Assembly: GCF_000014265.1 (NCBI RefSeq)
Contig: NC_008312.1
Span: 5,190,001-5,222,000 of the forward strand
Source: Trichodesmium erythraeum IMS101
Lineage (GTDB): Bacteria > Cyanobacteriota > Cyanobacteriia > Cyanobacteriales > Microcoleaceae
Length of the DNA stretch: 32,000 nt
Direction: 5' to 3'
Part shown: piece by piece, positions 11,657 to 20,254 of the stretch
Layout of the letters: every line of letters starts with the position of its first letter
How positions within the stretch are numbered: the first letter of the stretch is position 1
The notes under the pieces: generated by a model
Databases searched by the model: none
What the model was told of the DNA's origin: nothing
Seen by the model: only the letters and a program-made list of their open reading frames with translations
Program-made: the position numbers and the translations under genes

Positions 11657-12055
11657 CTATAAACTTTTCTTGGTTTTATATATTTCCAAACATTCTTGAA
11701 GCACATCCTTGAGTTCTTGAGGAGAAAAAGGTTTAGTTACACATTTAAAAATATCAGCTTGTTGTATATCATTTTCAACAGAATTTATTTCTTCTTGCTC
11801 ATAACCACTTAATAAAATTCTAATGGTATCAGGAAAGCTCTCTCTTGTTTTTATGAGAAATTGAATACCTGTCATATCTGGCATACTTTGGTCAGAAATA
11901 ATAACAGCCATTTCCCCCTGGGTTTCCAAAATTTCCATAGCTATCCTAGCATTTTCTGCCCTGAAAACTTTAAATTGACGTCGAAAAGTCCGGTACAATA
12001 AATCCAAGTTATTAGGTTCATCATCAACTACCATTAAATTAAGTTTTTCGGACAT
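11657..12055 (-). CDS. Single-domain CheY-like response regulator
   Basis: 132 aa with acidic pocket DD (aa 11-12), phospho-acceptor context IISDQSMPDMTG, and conserved S (LLSGY) and K (TKPF). Confidence 0.85.
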   Translation of the reverse strand: MSEKLNLMVVDDEPNNLDLLYRTFRRQFKVFRAENARIAMEILETQGEMAVIISDQSMPDMTGIQFLIKTRESFPDTIRILLSGYEQEEINSVENDIQQADIFKCVTKPFSPQELKDVLQECLEIYKTKKSL

Positions 12056-12424
12056 TGTTAATTTTTTAGCAATTTGTATCTAAGGAACAATTTTCAACAA
12101 AATTAGCATTCTCAAAATTTTAATATCTATATCTAATAATTAGTATACTACTTAGCATGGTTAATATTTTATTACAAAATATCATCATTTATATTGTACA
12201 TTAGATTATAATTTTTGTCTAAATAAATCTGTAGATTTAACTAATCAAGTCAGAAAAATAAGGCATCTAAGAAGAATTAGGGAAGATGAAGAGATAGGAA
12301 ATAGGATCACACTTTGTCTGTAGAATTCTGAGGGTTAATCAAAAGGTTCTAGCTGGCGTGTTAAGCTTGATTCATCAACTACAACCTACCTGAAAGATTA
12401 ATCTAGAATCTTCTATTAGTTAAT

Positions 12425-13063
12425 TTATTCTTGGCGTTGGTCAAAATGTTCTCGACCCGAAACATTTTTCATGGCCTCCAAAGCTGCTTGAGAACCTGCC
12501 AAAATATCCCGTTCTTCTCCTCCCAAATAAAGTCGTCCAAAACTACCTACGGCTTGAATTTGTAAAATATTAATTAAAGCAGCTTTTTCTGCTTCATTGG
12601 CTGCTAAAGCAGCATAGGCGGCAGGTTGGACTTCTAAAACATAGAGAGTTTGGCCACCTAAAATCATTTGGCCACGACGATTACGATTAATTAACTGTGC
12701 TTGGTGAGAGTCAATATTACGGATCACCTGACTAGAGATAATACGAGGTTTCAGGCGATCGCTTTCAATAACCTCTAAAGATTGCAAAATTGCTTGACCA
12801 GCAGCTTTTGTATCTCCCTGACGACTGGAATGAATTTCCAACAAACCATAAAGTCGCTCCACAAATTGTACCCCTGGTCGCACAGAGTTAGATTTGAGAG
12901 CTACATCTGTAATACGATTAATTTCAATACCAGGAGAAATTTCTATCCATAGAGAGGTATCACCTGGTAGTGGTAAAAAGCCAAGGGCTACTGTACCAAT
13001 ATAGGCGGCGTGCTGAGGTTGCAAGTTGTCTATAAATACATAACTGCGCAGTTCTATACCCAA
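12425..13063 (-). CDS. ccmP: Tandem-BMC-domain carboxysome shell protein CcmP
   Basis: The 212-aa product is near-collinear with CcmP as I remember it (MG.ELRSY...NLQ.QHA.YIGTVA.GFL.LPGD...[12 protein letters not shown]...[29 protein letters not shown]...[14 protein letters not shown]). TTG start with GGAGA 8 nt upstream. Confidence 0.85.
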   Translation of the reverse strand: MGIELRSYVFIDNLQPQHAAYIGTVALGFLPLPGDTSLWIEISPGIEINRITDVALKSNSVRPGVQFVERLYGLLEIHSSRQGDTKAAGQAILQSLEVIESDRLKPRIISSQVIRNIDSHQAQLINRNRRGQMILGGQTLYVLEVQPAAYAALAANEAEKAALINILQIQAVGSFGRLYLGGEERDILAGSQAALEAMKNVSGREHFDQRQE

Positions 13064-13294
13064 GGCCTAAATCTCCATGTACTGGGGTAAAATTAAATCT
13101 ATAATCGTCGTTATTATATGTCAAAGATTTCTCTTAAGTCAAAATTTTTCAATCATAATTCTATTTTGGGCAATAAGTCTAGTTTGTTGATATTTGATAT
13201 ATTTTTACTTAAAGGCTACATTTGATCATCATTAAGTTTCGAGTTTTACTAAAAATTGACATTATTTTGGCGACCAAATAATCAAAAAAAAATC

Positions 13295-14236
13295 ATGAAT
13301 AAAATTAATATTCGCTTACTTCAAGAACAAGAATTGTCTGAAGCTGACAAAATATTTCGATTAGCTTTTGGTACATTTATAGGTTTACCAGACCCGATAA
13401 AATTCTTTGGTGATAGATACTATATGCAGCGTTGGTATACAGAGCCAAAAGCAGCTTTAGCCGCAGAAATAGACGGTCAATTAGTAGGTTCTAACTTTAT
13501 CTCTAAATGGGGGAGTTTTGGTTTTTTTGGACCTTTATCAGTACATCCAAATTTTTGGAATCAAGGAGTAGGTAAAAAATTGATGTCAGCAACAATGGAA
13601 TGCTTGAGAAATTGGCAAACTCAACATATTTGCTTCTTTACATTTTCTCAAAGTCCCAAACATTTACATTTTTATCAAAAATTTGGTTTTATGCCACATT
13701 TTTTAACTAGCATTTGCACTAAATCTGTTTCTCAAAAACAGCAGCAATTAAAAAGCATTAGGTATTCACAAATTTCCCCAGAACAACAAAAAAACTATTT
13801 ACAAGCTAGCCAAGAATTAACTAATAATATTTATTCCGGATTAGATTTACAATCAGAAATTTTAGCGGTGGAAAATAAAAGATTAGGAGATACTTTATTT
13901 ATTTGGGAAAATAGTAATTTAGAAGGATTTGCTGTTTGTCATTATGGTGCAGGTACCGAAGCAGGAAGTGATACTTGCTATATTAAATTTGGTGCAGTTA
14001 ATTCAGGAAAAAAAGGGAGCGATCGCTTTGCAAAATTATTGAATGAATGTGAAACATTTAGCAATATTATTGGCATGTCTAAACTTGTAGCTGGAGTCAA
14101 TACAGCTCGTCAACAAGCATACATTCAAATATTAAATATGGGGTTTAAAATTGATATTTTAGGAGTAGCAATGCAGTATCCTAAGGAATTAGGATATAAC
14201 AATCCTGATACTTATGTTATTGATGATTTGAGGTAA
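13295..14236 (+). CDS. GNAT-family N-acetyltransferase with a C-terminal extension
   Basis: Acetyl-CoA motif A WNQGVGKKLM followed by FYQKFGF. The ATG at 13295 (MNKINIRLL) is preferred over the TTG at 13256. Confidence 0.8.
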   Translation: MNKINIRLLQEQELSEADKIFRLAFGTFIGLPDPIKFFGDRYYMQRWYTEPKAALAAEIDGQLVGSNFISKWGSFGFFGPLSVHPNFWNQGVGKKLMSATMECLRNWQTQHICFFTFSQSPKHLHFYQKFGFMPHFLTSICTKSVSQKQQQLKSIRYSQISPEQQKNYLQASQELTNNIYSGLDLQSEILAVENKRLGDTLFIWENSNLEGFAVCHYGAGTEAGSDTCYIKFGAVNSGKKGSDRFAKLLNECETFSNIIGMSKLVAGVNTARQQAYIQILNMGFKIDILGVAMQYPKELGYNNPDTYVIDDLR

Positions 14237-14249
14237 AGAAAAACTAATC

Positions 14250-14290
14250 TTTCCCAAGGATGGCTTTGGCAGTAAATAGCTCGTGGGAAA
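14250..14290. terminator. Possible bidirectional hairpin between the convergent GNAT and dioxygenase genes
   Basis: TTTCCCA (14250-14256) / TGGGAAA (14284-14290) inverted repeat with a large 27-nt loop and T-rich sequence on both outer sides. Weak. Confidence 0.25.
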
Positions 14291-14318
14291 TAAAATTTTC
14301 CTTAACTATTAAAAATTA

Positions 14319-15416
14319 CTAGAGTGAAGAGAAGGCTATATAAACTTTTCTTTTTCCGGTAAAAGGTAGCCTACCATGCCCCATACGATAGTTATCTAAA
14401 ATTACAATATCTCCCTCCTGCCAGGAAAATAATTCTGCATTTTTCCAGTAACTCTTAACAATATGATAAACATCCCAAAAAGATAAATCGGAACCATCTT
14501 CAAACACTACATCCAAATATCGATATTTGCGCTGTTGTGGAATAATTTTTTCGACACAAATTTGCAAAAACGTGATCAAAAATAAGAGGAAAAATACCAA
14601 CCAACTCCTGAATGATCCTTGGGACTTAGCAACAAACCACGCTTCAATAGAAGTACCCCATATATGAAACCGAGGGAACCATCCATTCCAGAGAGTTTCT
14701 GAGGTCATAGGATGAGAGGTAACTATCTCCATTGGACAACAAGAAATTAAATCATCATTAATAAGCCACTCAGTCTGTCGTCCTGTCTCAAAGCATTTCG
14801 CCTCAACTAAACTTTTATCCTCAGTGTTAAATACAGCCTTCCAAGATTTAGGAAAACGAAACCAAGGCCATTTCCATAATCGTACGTCAAATAATCTTTT
14901 CTGTGTATTTACCCAATAAAACTTTGTTACCAAACGGGTATGGGAACACTTCTGCTGTAACTGTTCAGGTAAATCTGATAAAACCGATTTCATATCAATA
15001 ACTGGAGTTTCACCGCCACTTTTAGCAACTTGAGGGCAAAAAAACAATATATAATGAGGTTGGTTTGATGGGGAGTTAGACAATTCTGTATGACCAGAAA
15101 TTGTTAGATAACTTGGTAATTCAGAAGCAGTCCAGACATATTCAGTAATTTGATGACGAGGTGCCCCACCAGGATATTGATTTTGCAGCTCAGGAAAAAT
15201 CCTCAATCCTACCTGTTGAAACTGCTCAGGAGTTTTTACTTCATATCCCCTAATAGCTACAGCACCATAATTTTTTAGAGCAGACTCGACTTCGTCTTGA
15301 TGATTATTCAGATAATCAATTAAGAAATCAAAATCAGCGCAGTTTTGTTTAGCAGTTATTAGAAAAAGGCTTTCATTTAATTCTTTATCTGGTTTATGAT
15401 TTTGATTCAGTTTCAC
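14319..15416 (-). CDS. TauD/TfdA-family Fe(II)/2-oxoglutarate dioxygenase-like protein, paralog 1
   Basis: HxE iron motif in SGHTELS, KSGGETP, and C-terminal W..GDIVILDNYRMGHGR (distal His plus Arg). GTG start at 15416 lies 7 nt after GGAGG. The ORF-track TTG at 15431 overlaps that Shine-Dalgarno sequence. Confidence 0.75.
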   Translation of the reverse strand: MKLNQNHKPDKELNESLFLITAKQNCADFDFLIDYLNNHQDEVESALKNYGAVAIRGYEVKTPEQFQQVGLRIFPELQNQYPGGAPRHQITEYVWTASELPSYLTISGHTELSNSPSNQPHYILFFCPQVAKSGGETPVIDMKSVLSDLPEQLQQKCSHTRLVTKFYWVNTQKRLFDVRLWKWPWFRFPKSWKAVFNTEDKSLVEAKCFETGRQTEWLINDDLISCCPMEIVTSHPMTSETLWNGWFPRFHIWGTSIEAWFVAKSQGSFRSWLVFFLLFLITFLQICVEKIIPQQRKYRYLDVVFEDGSDLSFWDVYHIVKSYWKNAELFSWQEGDIVILDNYRMGHGRLPFTGKRKVYIAFSSL

Positions 15417-15555
15417 TGTGGTTACCTCCAAAATATTACCATCAAGAAAATTGATGATTTCAGCTTAATAAAAACTAGCCTTTGCCGAGGGTGACCTTGG
15501 CAGTAAGTAGTTGGGGGCTTAAAAATTTCCCTAAACTATTCTAGCTTTAGTAGAA

Positions 15556-16647
15556 CTAGGAGAAGGCTATATAAACTTGTCTTTCTCCAGTAAAAGGTAG
15601 CCTACCATGCCCCATACGATAGTTATCTAAAATTACAATATCTCCCTCCTGCCAGGAAAATAATTCTGTATTTTTCCAATAACTTTTGACAATATGATAA
15701 ACATCCCAAAAAGACAAATCAGAACCATCCTCAAAAACTACATCCAAAGCTCGATATTTGCACCTTTCTGGAATCAATTTTTCAAGACAAATTTGCCCAA
15801 GCGTGATTAAAAATAAGATCAAAAATACTAACCAACTCCTGAATTTTCTTTGATACTTAGCAGCAAACCATGCATCAATACAAACACCCCAGATATGAAA
15901 CCAAGGGAAAAATCCTGTCCAGGCAATTTCCTTTGTGATCGGATGAGAACCAATTATTGGCATTGGATAATGAGCAATTAAGCCATCATTAGCAAGCCAC
16001 TTAATCTGTCGCCCTGCATCAAAGCATTTTTTTTCAACTAAACTTTTATCCTCAGTATTAAAGACAGCCTTCCAAGATTTAGGAAAACCAAACCAAGGCC
16101 ATTTCCATAATCGTACGTCAAATAATCTTTTCTGTGTATTTACCCAATAAAACTTTGTTACCAAACGGGTATGGGAACACTTCTGCTGCAACTGTTCAGG
16201 TAAGTCTGATAAAACCGATTTCATATTAATAATAGGAGTTTCACCCCCACTTTTAGCAACTTGAGGTGAAAAAAATAATATGTAAGGAGGTTGTTCTGAT
16301 GGCGAGTAAGATAACTCTGTATGACCACAAATTGACTGATAACTTGGCACTGAAGAAGCACTCCAGACATATTCAGCAACTTTATAACGAGGTGCCCCAC
16401 CAGGATATTGATTTCGCAGCTCAGGAAAAATGCTCAATCCCACTTTTTGAAACTGCTCAGGAGTTTTCACTTTATATCCCCTAATAGCCACAGAACCATA
16501 ATTTCTCAGAGCAGACTCAACTTCATCTTGATGATTATTCAGATAATCAATTAAGAAATCAAAATCAGTGCAGTTTTGTTTAGCAGTTATCAGAAAAAGG
16601 CTTTCATTTAATTCTTGATCTGGTTTATGATTTTGATTCAGTTTCAC
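15556..16647 (-). CDS. TauD/TfdA-family Fe(II)/2-oxoglutarate dioxygenase-like protein, paralog 2
   Basis: Same motifs as paralog 1 (CGHTELS, KSGGETP, DNYRMGHGR) and the same GGAGG-N7-GTG start context. Confidence 0.75.
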   Translation of the reverse strand: MKLNQNHKPDQELNESLFLITAKQNCTDFDFLIDYLNNHQDEVESALRNYGSVAIRGYKVKTPEQFQKVGLSIFPELRNQYPGGAPRYKVAEYVWSASSVPSYQSICGHTELSYSPSEQPPYILFFSPQVAKSGGETPIINMKSVLSDLPEQLQQKCSHTRLVTKFYWVNTQKRLFDVRLWKWPWFGFPKSWKAVFNTEDKSLVEKKCFDAGRQIKWLANDGLIAHYPMPIIGSHPITKEIAWTGFFPWFHIWGVCIDAWFAAKYQRKFRSWLVFLILFLITLGQICLEKLIPERCKYRALDVVFEDGSDLSFWDVYHIVKSYWKNTELFSWQEGDIVILDNYRMGHGRLPFTGERQVYIAFS

Positions 16648-16813
16648 TATTGTTACCTCCAAAATATTGTGATTAAAGAAATTATGACTGAGTAGAGCCG
16701 GAGTTTAGTGACTCAAAAGTTAAGTTCCCAAGCTTCCCCTTTTAGAGGGATGAAAAATCGCCATATGGTTCAATAGGAATTACCGATAAGTGATAACTGA
16801 AATAGTCAAATAT

Positions 16814-18517
16814 CTACTCAATAAAACTACCATCAGGCATAATTGCACCTTGCAAATTAGCACCTTGCAAATTTACATTTTCTAAGTTTGCACCCAGTAA
16901 ATTAGCATTTTTTAGATTAGCTCCTTTCAAGTTAGCTCCTTGAAGGTCGGCATCCAGGAATGTAACCCCTGCTAAATTTGCTCCCACTAAATCTACCCTC
17001 TTGAGATTAGCATCTTTTAAAGTTGCCCTCCTCAAATCTGCACCTCGGAGACTAGCATGACTCATATTTGCACCACTTAAATTAGCTTTCTTTAAATTAG
17101 CTCCTTCTAAATTCGCCCTACTCAATTTAGCCTCACGGAGATAAGCACCAGAAAAATTAGCAGCACGCAAATTTGTAGAGTTCAAATTTGCGCCAGATAA
17201 ATTCACTCGTCGTAGGTTAGCACTGACTAAAACTGCCTTAGTTAAATTTGCACCTTCTAAGCTAGCACGATACAAATTTGCTTTCTGGAGTTTAGCCTTG
17301 ATTAAAATTGAGCCTTGCAATTGCGCCTTCTTAAGGTTAGCATTTTGTAATCTTGCACCTCTGAGTTCAACACCTCTTAAATTAGCTTGAAATAAATCTG
17401 CGTTTCGCAAATAAGCATCTTCAAGTTTGAGAGCTGCAAAATTAGCACGACGGAAGTTACAACCGTAACATTCTGAAGTTGCTCGCAATTTAGCAACTGA
17501 GTTGTCACCAGACAATATTGTTGTTGTTCTTTCCAACTGAAGTTTTTGTTTATTCAGGGAATTCCTTAAGTTTGGTTGTTGACGAAAAACTGTTAAAGTT
17601 GTCGCCAATAAAGAAAGAGCAGCAATACTGGCGAATCCCAATATGACAGATGCTTTTACAGGTAACATTGCCATTGCCACATTCTTAAAATTAGCAGCAT
17701 CGCCAAAAACAGGTATTGGTTTTAGTGCTGCTAAAGCCGCTCCTGCATTTTCAAAGCGATCTTTACCATTGGGAGATACCATTTTCTCTAGCCACATTGT
17801 AAATAATACACTCAGTTGTGGCGCTAATTTTTTCAGGTTAAAGCGATGATTGCGATCAATTAATTTAATTACATCTCTACTAGAAGTACCTGTCAGCAAG
17901 CAAATCATAGTTACCCCTAAACTATATAAGTCAGAATTGATAGTGACAGTACCATTCAATTCTTGTTCTGGAGGCATAAATCCTGATGTCCCACTGACAC
18001 CATCAGTAAAATTCTCTTCTATTCCCTTCCGTGCGCAACCAAAATTCATTAAATATGCAGTAGGAAATCTTTCACCGTTGATATGAGTCGTCACTAATAT
18101 ATTTTCAGGTTTAATATTGCCGTGAATAATTGGCGGTTTACACTTTTGTAAATATACTAAAATCTCTAAAATTGAAATAGCAATTTGTTTAATTTGTTCT
18201 GGGGTAAAACTTCTTCTTTCTGCCAAAGATTTTCCCTCTTGATATTTTGTAATTAAACAAAATCCTTCGGAAGTTTCTAGGGCATCAATATAGTTAGGAA
18301 TGCGGGGATGTTGTAGTTGTTTGAGAATTTCTACTTCTCGCTCATAAGCTTCAAATATTGTCCAATTAGCATTATCATCTGCAAAACGGAACTCTTTGAT
18401 AACAACTTCTTGGTTTTGCTTGAGAGCTATTCCCTGATATGTCACTTCTCCCTCTTGTTGGTGACGTTCCACTTGTCTAATAATTTCATAGCCGTGACTG
18501 GAAAGGTCTTGTGTCAT
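16814..18517 (-). CDS. Membrane-anchored Ser/Thr-kinase-like (predicted pseudokinase) / pentapeptide-repeat protein
   Basis: N-terminal protein-kinase fold (VVIK Lys41, IIHGNIKPENIL, NFG, PPE), one TM segment (VILGFASIAALSLLATTLTVF) and about 220 aa of A(D/N)LxX pentapeptide repeats at the C-terminus. Confidence 0.88.
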   Translation of the reverse strand: MTQDLSSHGYEIIRQVERHQQEGEVTYQGIALKQNQEVVIKEFRFADDNANWTIFEAYEREVEILKQLQHPRIPNYIDALETSEGFCLITKYQEGKSLAERRSFTPEQIKQIAISILEILVYLQKCKPPIIHGNIKPENILVTTHINGERFPTAYLMNFGCARKGIEENFTDGVSGTSGFMPPEQELNGTVTINSDLYSLGVTMICLLTGTSSRDVIKLIDRNHRFNLKKLAPQLSVLFTMWLEKMVSPNGKDRFENAGAALAALKPIPVFGDAANFKNVAMAMLPVKASVILGFASIAALSLLATTLTVFRQQPNLRNSLNKQKLQLERTTTILSGDNSVAKLRATSECYGCNFRRANFAALKLEDAYLRNADLFQANLRGVELRGARLQNANLKKAQLQGSILIKAKLQKANLYRASLEGANLTKAVLVSANLRRVNLSGANLNSTNLRAANFSGAYLREAKLSRANLEGANLKKANLSGANMSHASLRGADLRRATLKDANLKRVDLVGANLAGVTFLDADLQGANLKGANLKNANLLGANLENVNLQGANLQGAIMPDGSFIE

Positions 18518-19138
18518 ATTAAGAGTACCACCGTATTTTTTTTGCTTATCAATGGGGGCTAATAAAAAAATTATATTTTTATTAAAATACTATCATATTT
18601 TTGATTTACTAGCAATTACAAATTTTCAGGTTCTTAATTTTTAACAATTAAATTTTGAAGAATTAAATAATGACTAAAATTAAGTGAAAAATCTGGAAAT
18701 TATAGTTAGGTGAATCCGATATGCAATGACTCAATTTTGTACCTATTGAAAAAAAATGTTATACTTATTATTTAAACAAGTCTTAAATCCAAAAACTAAC
18801 CTTTAGTGTTAAGCTTTTAGCAGTTATAAATTATATCCTCTGTAATTGTTAAGAGATGTTTAAATAAAAAAATATTTATTGTGGTTAAGGGAGTCTACTT
18901 TTGCAGTAATTCTGTCTCAATTTATTCATAGCTTTTGCTTCCTACATTGAGCAATAGCTTATAATATAAATTTAACCTTAAAGTTACGATTTTATAATAA
19001 AATAATATTATTAAAAATTCAGGAGTAGGGCTGTATATCATTTATAATTTAGTTAATATTTGATAAATTCTCATCGTATTTCTTACCTTTGCGTAAATCC
19101 TGAGAATAAAATTTCGCCCTATTAATTAGGAGGTTTCT

Positions 19139-19786
19139 ATGACTGAGCAAAATGCTCGTGATTTATTTAAAGCTGCCTACGAACATCGCTACACTTGGGA
19201 TTCAAATTTTCCTGGTTTTAGTGCTAGTATAGAACTTAAACAGGGGTCAGAAATTTATAATGGCCAAATTTTGATTAAGCCAGATTTTACTGTAGAAGTC
19301 ACAGGTATTCCAGACGAAGAAGTAAAACAAAGTGTTTATACCCAACTACGGGATGTAGTTACCCACCGCAAACGTTCATCATTTGAAAAATCCCATGGTA
19401 AAAATAGTTTCAGCTTTGGTAATAGTGATGAGACAGGAGCAGTTGAAATTCTTGTTAAAGGGGATGCCATGGGGTCAAATTACAAAGTTAGAGGCCAAGA
19501 AATTTGTCTAGTTAGTCGAGTCATGGGGCGCATGGCCTTTGTAATTAACACCCATAAAACTTTGGAGACATCAGAGGGTTGTATTGCTACTCACTATAAC
19601 GCTATCTTCCGCAATCCTAAAACTAATGAAGTAATTAGGGAACTAGAATTTGAGGACTCTTATGAAAAATTTGTTCACTACTACATAATGACTAGCCAAG
19701 TTGTTAATTCTACAGAAAAGGGTCAAAAAATAACAACTGAGTTTAATTATTCTAATATAAAACTATTAGAACCAGCAGTTGTATAA
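19139..19786 (+). CDS. Conserved cyanobacterial hypothetical protein (possibly the DUF3386 family, from memory)
   Basis: 215-aa ORF with a strong AGGAGG Shine-Dalgarno 7 nt before the ATG. N-terminal AYEHRYTWDSNFPGF resembles DUF3386 proteins as I recall them. Confidence 0.65.
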   Translation: MTEQNARDLFKAAYEHRYTWDSNFPGFSASIELKQGSEIYNGQILIKPDFTVEVTGIPDEEVKQSVYTQLRDVVTHRKRSSFEKSHGKNSFSFGNSDETGAVEILVKGDAMGSNYKVRGQEICLVSRVMGRMAFVINTHKTLETSEGCIATHYNAIFRNPKTNEVIRELEFEDSYEKFVHYYIMTSQVVNSTEKGQKITTEFNYSNIKLLEPAVV

Positions 19787-19881
19787 AGATTAGAAATTTT
19801 GGTTTATTTCCCGGTTCAGTAAGTTAGGATTAACTATAATTTTAGTATCCATAATAAATTAAAACAAACAAGGAGAAAAAA

Positions 19882-20124
19882 ATGGGTGAAGCGAAAGCGC
19901 TTACGAATGAAAATGTTGAAATTGTATTAGATGAATTACGACCCTATCTGGCAGCAGATGGCGGTAATGTGGAATTAGTAGACATTGAAGGTCCAATAGT
20001 TAAGCTTAGATTACAGGGAGCTTGCAGTTCTTGTCCCAGTTCTACCATGACTCTCAAAATGGGTATTGAGCGCAAACTTCGGGAAGAAATTCCTGAAATT
20101 GCTGAAGTTGAGTCTGTGATGTAA
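19882..20124 (+). CDS. nfu: NifU C-terminal-domain (Nfu-type) Fe-S cluster scaffold protein
   Basis: 80 aa with [15 protein letters not shown] and the CSSCPSS (CxxC) cluster-binding motif. AAGGAG Shine-Dalgarno upstream. Confidence 0.9.
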   Translation: MGEAKALTNENVEIVLDELRPYLAADGGNVELVDIEGPIVKLRLQGACSSCPSSTMTLKMGIERKLREEIPEIAEVESVM

Positions 20125-20176
20125 GTAGATTTTTCCCACTCACATTAGCGAAAGCTTGAAAGCAGGTTAAGATTTT

Positions 20177-20254
20177 ACAGACCGCTGGAATTTCTCGTCA
20201 CGAGTACGAAGCTTGACCTTAGTCAAACCTCTTACCTGGTGTGTCTGTTTTTTT
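20177..20254 (+). terminator. Candidate structured 3'-UTR element / intrinsic terminator after nfu
   Basis: ACAGAC (20177-20182) pairs with GTCTGT (20243-20248), extendable by CGCUGG/CUGGUG with wobble pairs. This encloses the hairpins CTCG-tca-CGAG and TTGAC-ctta-GTCAA and ends in a T7 run (20248-20254). The patch is GC-richer than its surroundings. Confidence 0.3.

Larger units (their letters stand above)
14262..16700 (-). repeat. Head-to-tail tandem duplication (unit about 1.24 kb) containing two dioxygenase paralogs plus their flanks
   Basis: The ORF stops are 1237 nt apart. Similarity continues into the 3' flank (GAGAAGGCTATATAAAC, TTGGCAGTAA[A/G]TAG) and the leader (TTGGAGGTAAC..GTG). 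Confidence 0.9.

Noticed and set aside
16830-17500. Striking ~15-nt periodic DNA repetition (ttagc.cc.t..aa..) that at first glance resembles a tandem repeat or degenerate CRISPR-like array.
   Set aside because: It lies inside a long open frame and translates to A(N/D)LxX pentapeptide repeats. There are no unique spacers and no conserved direct repeats of CRISPR length.
17643-18562. Plus-strand ORFs 17643-17849, 17850-18086 and 18317-18562.
   Set aside because: They are antisense shadows of the kinase-like gene. The minus-strand frame carries clear kinase motifs, while these translate to low-complexity sequence.
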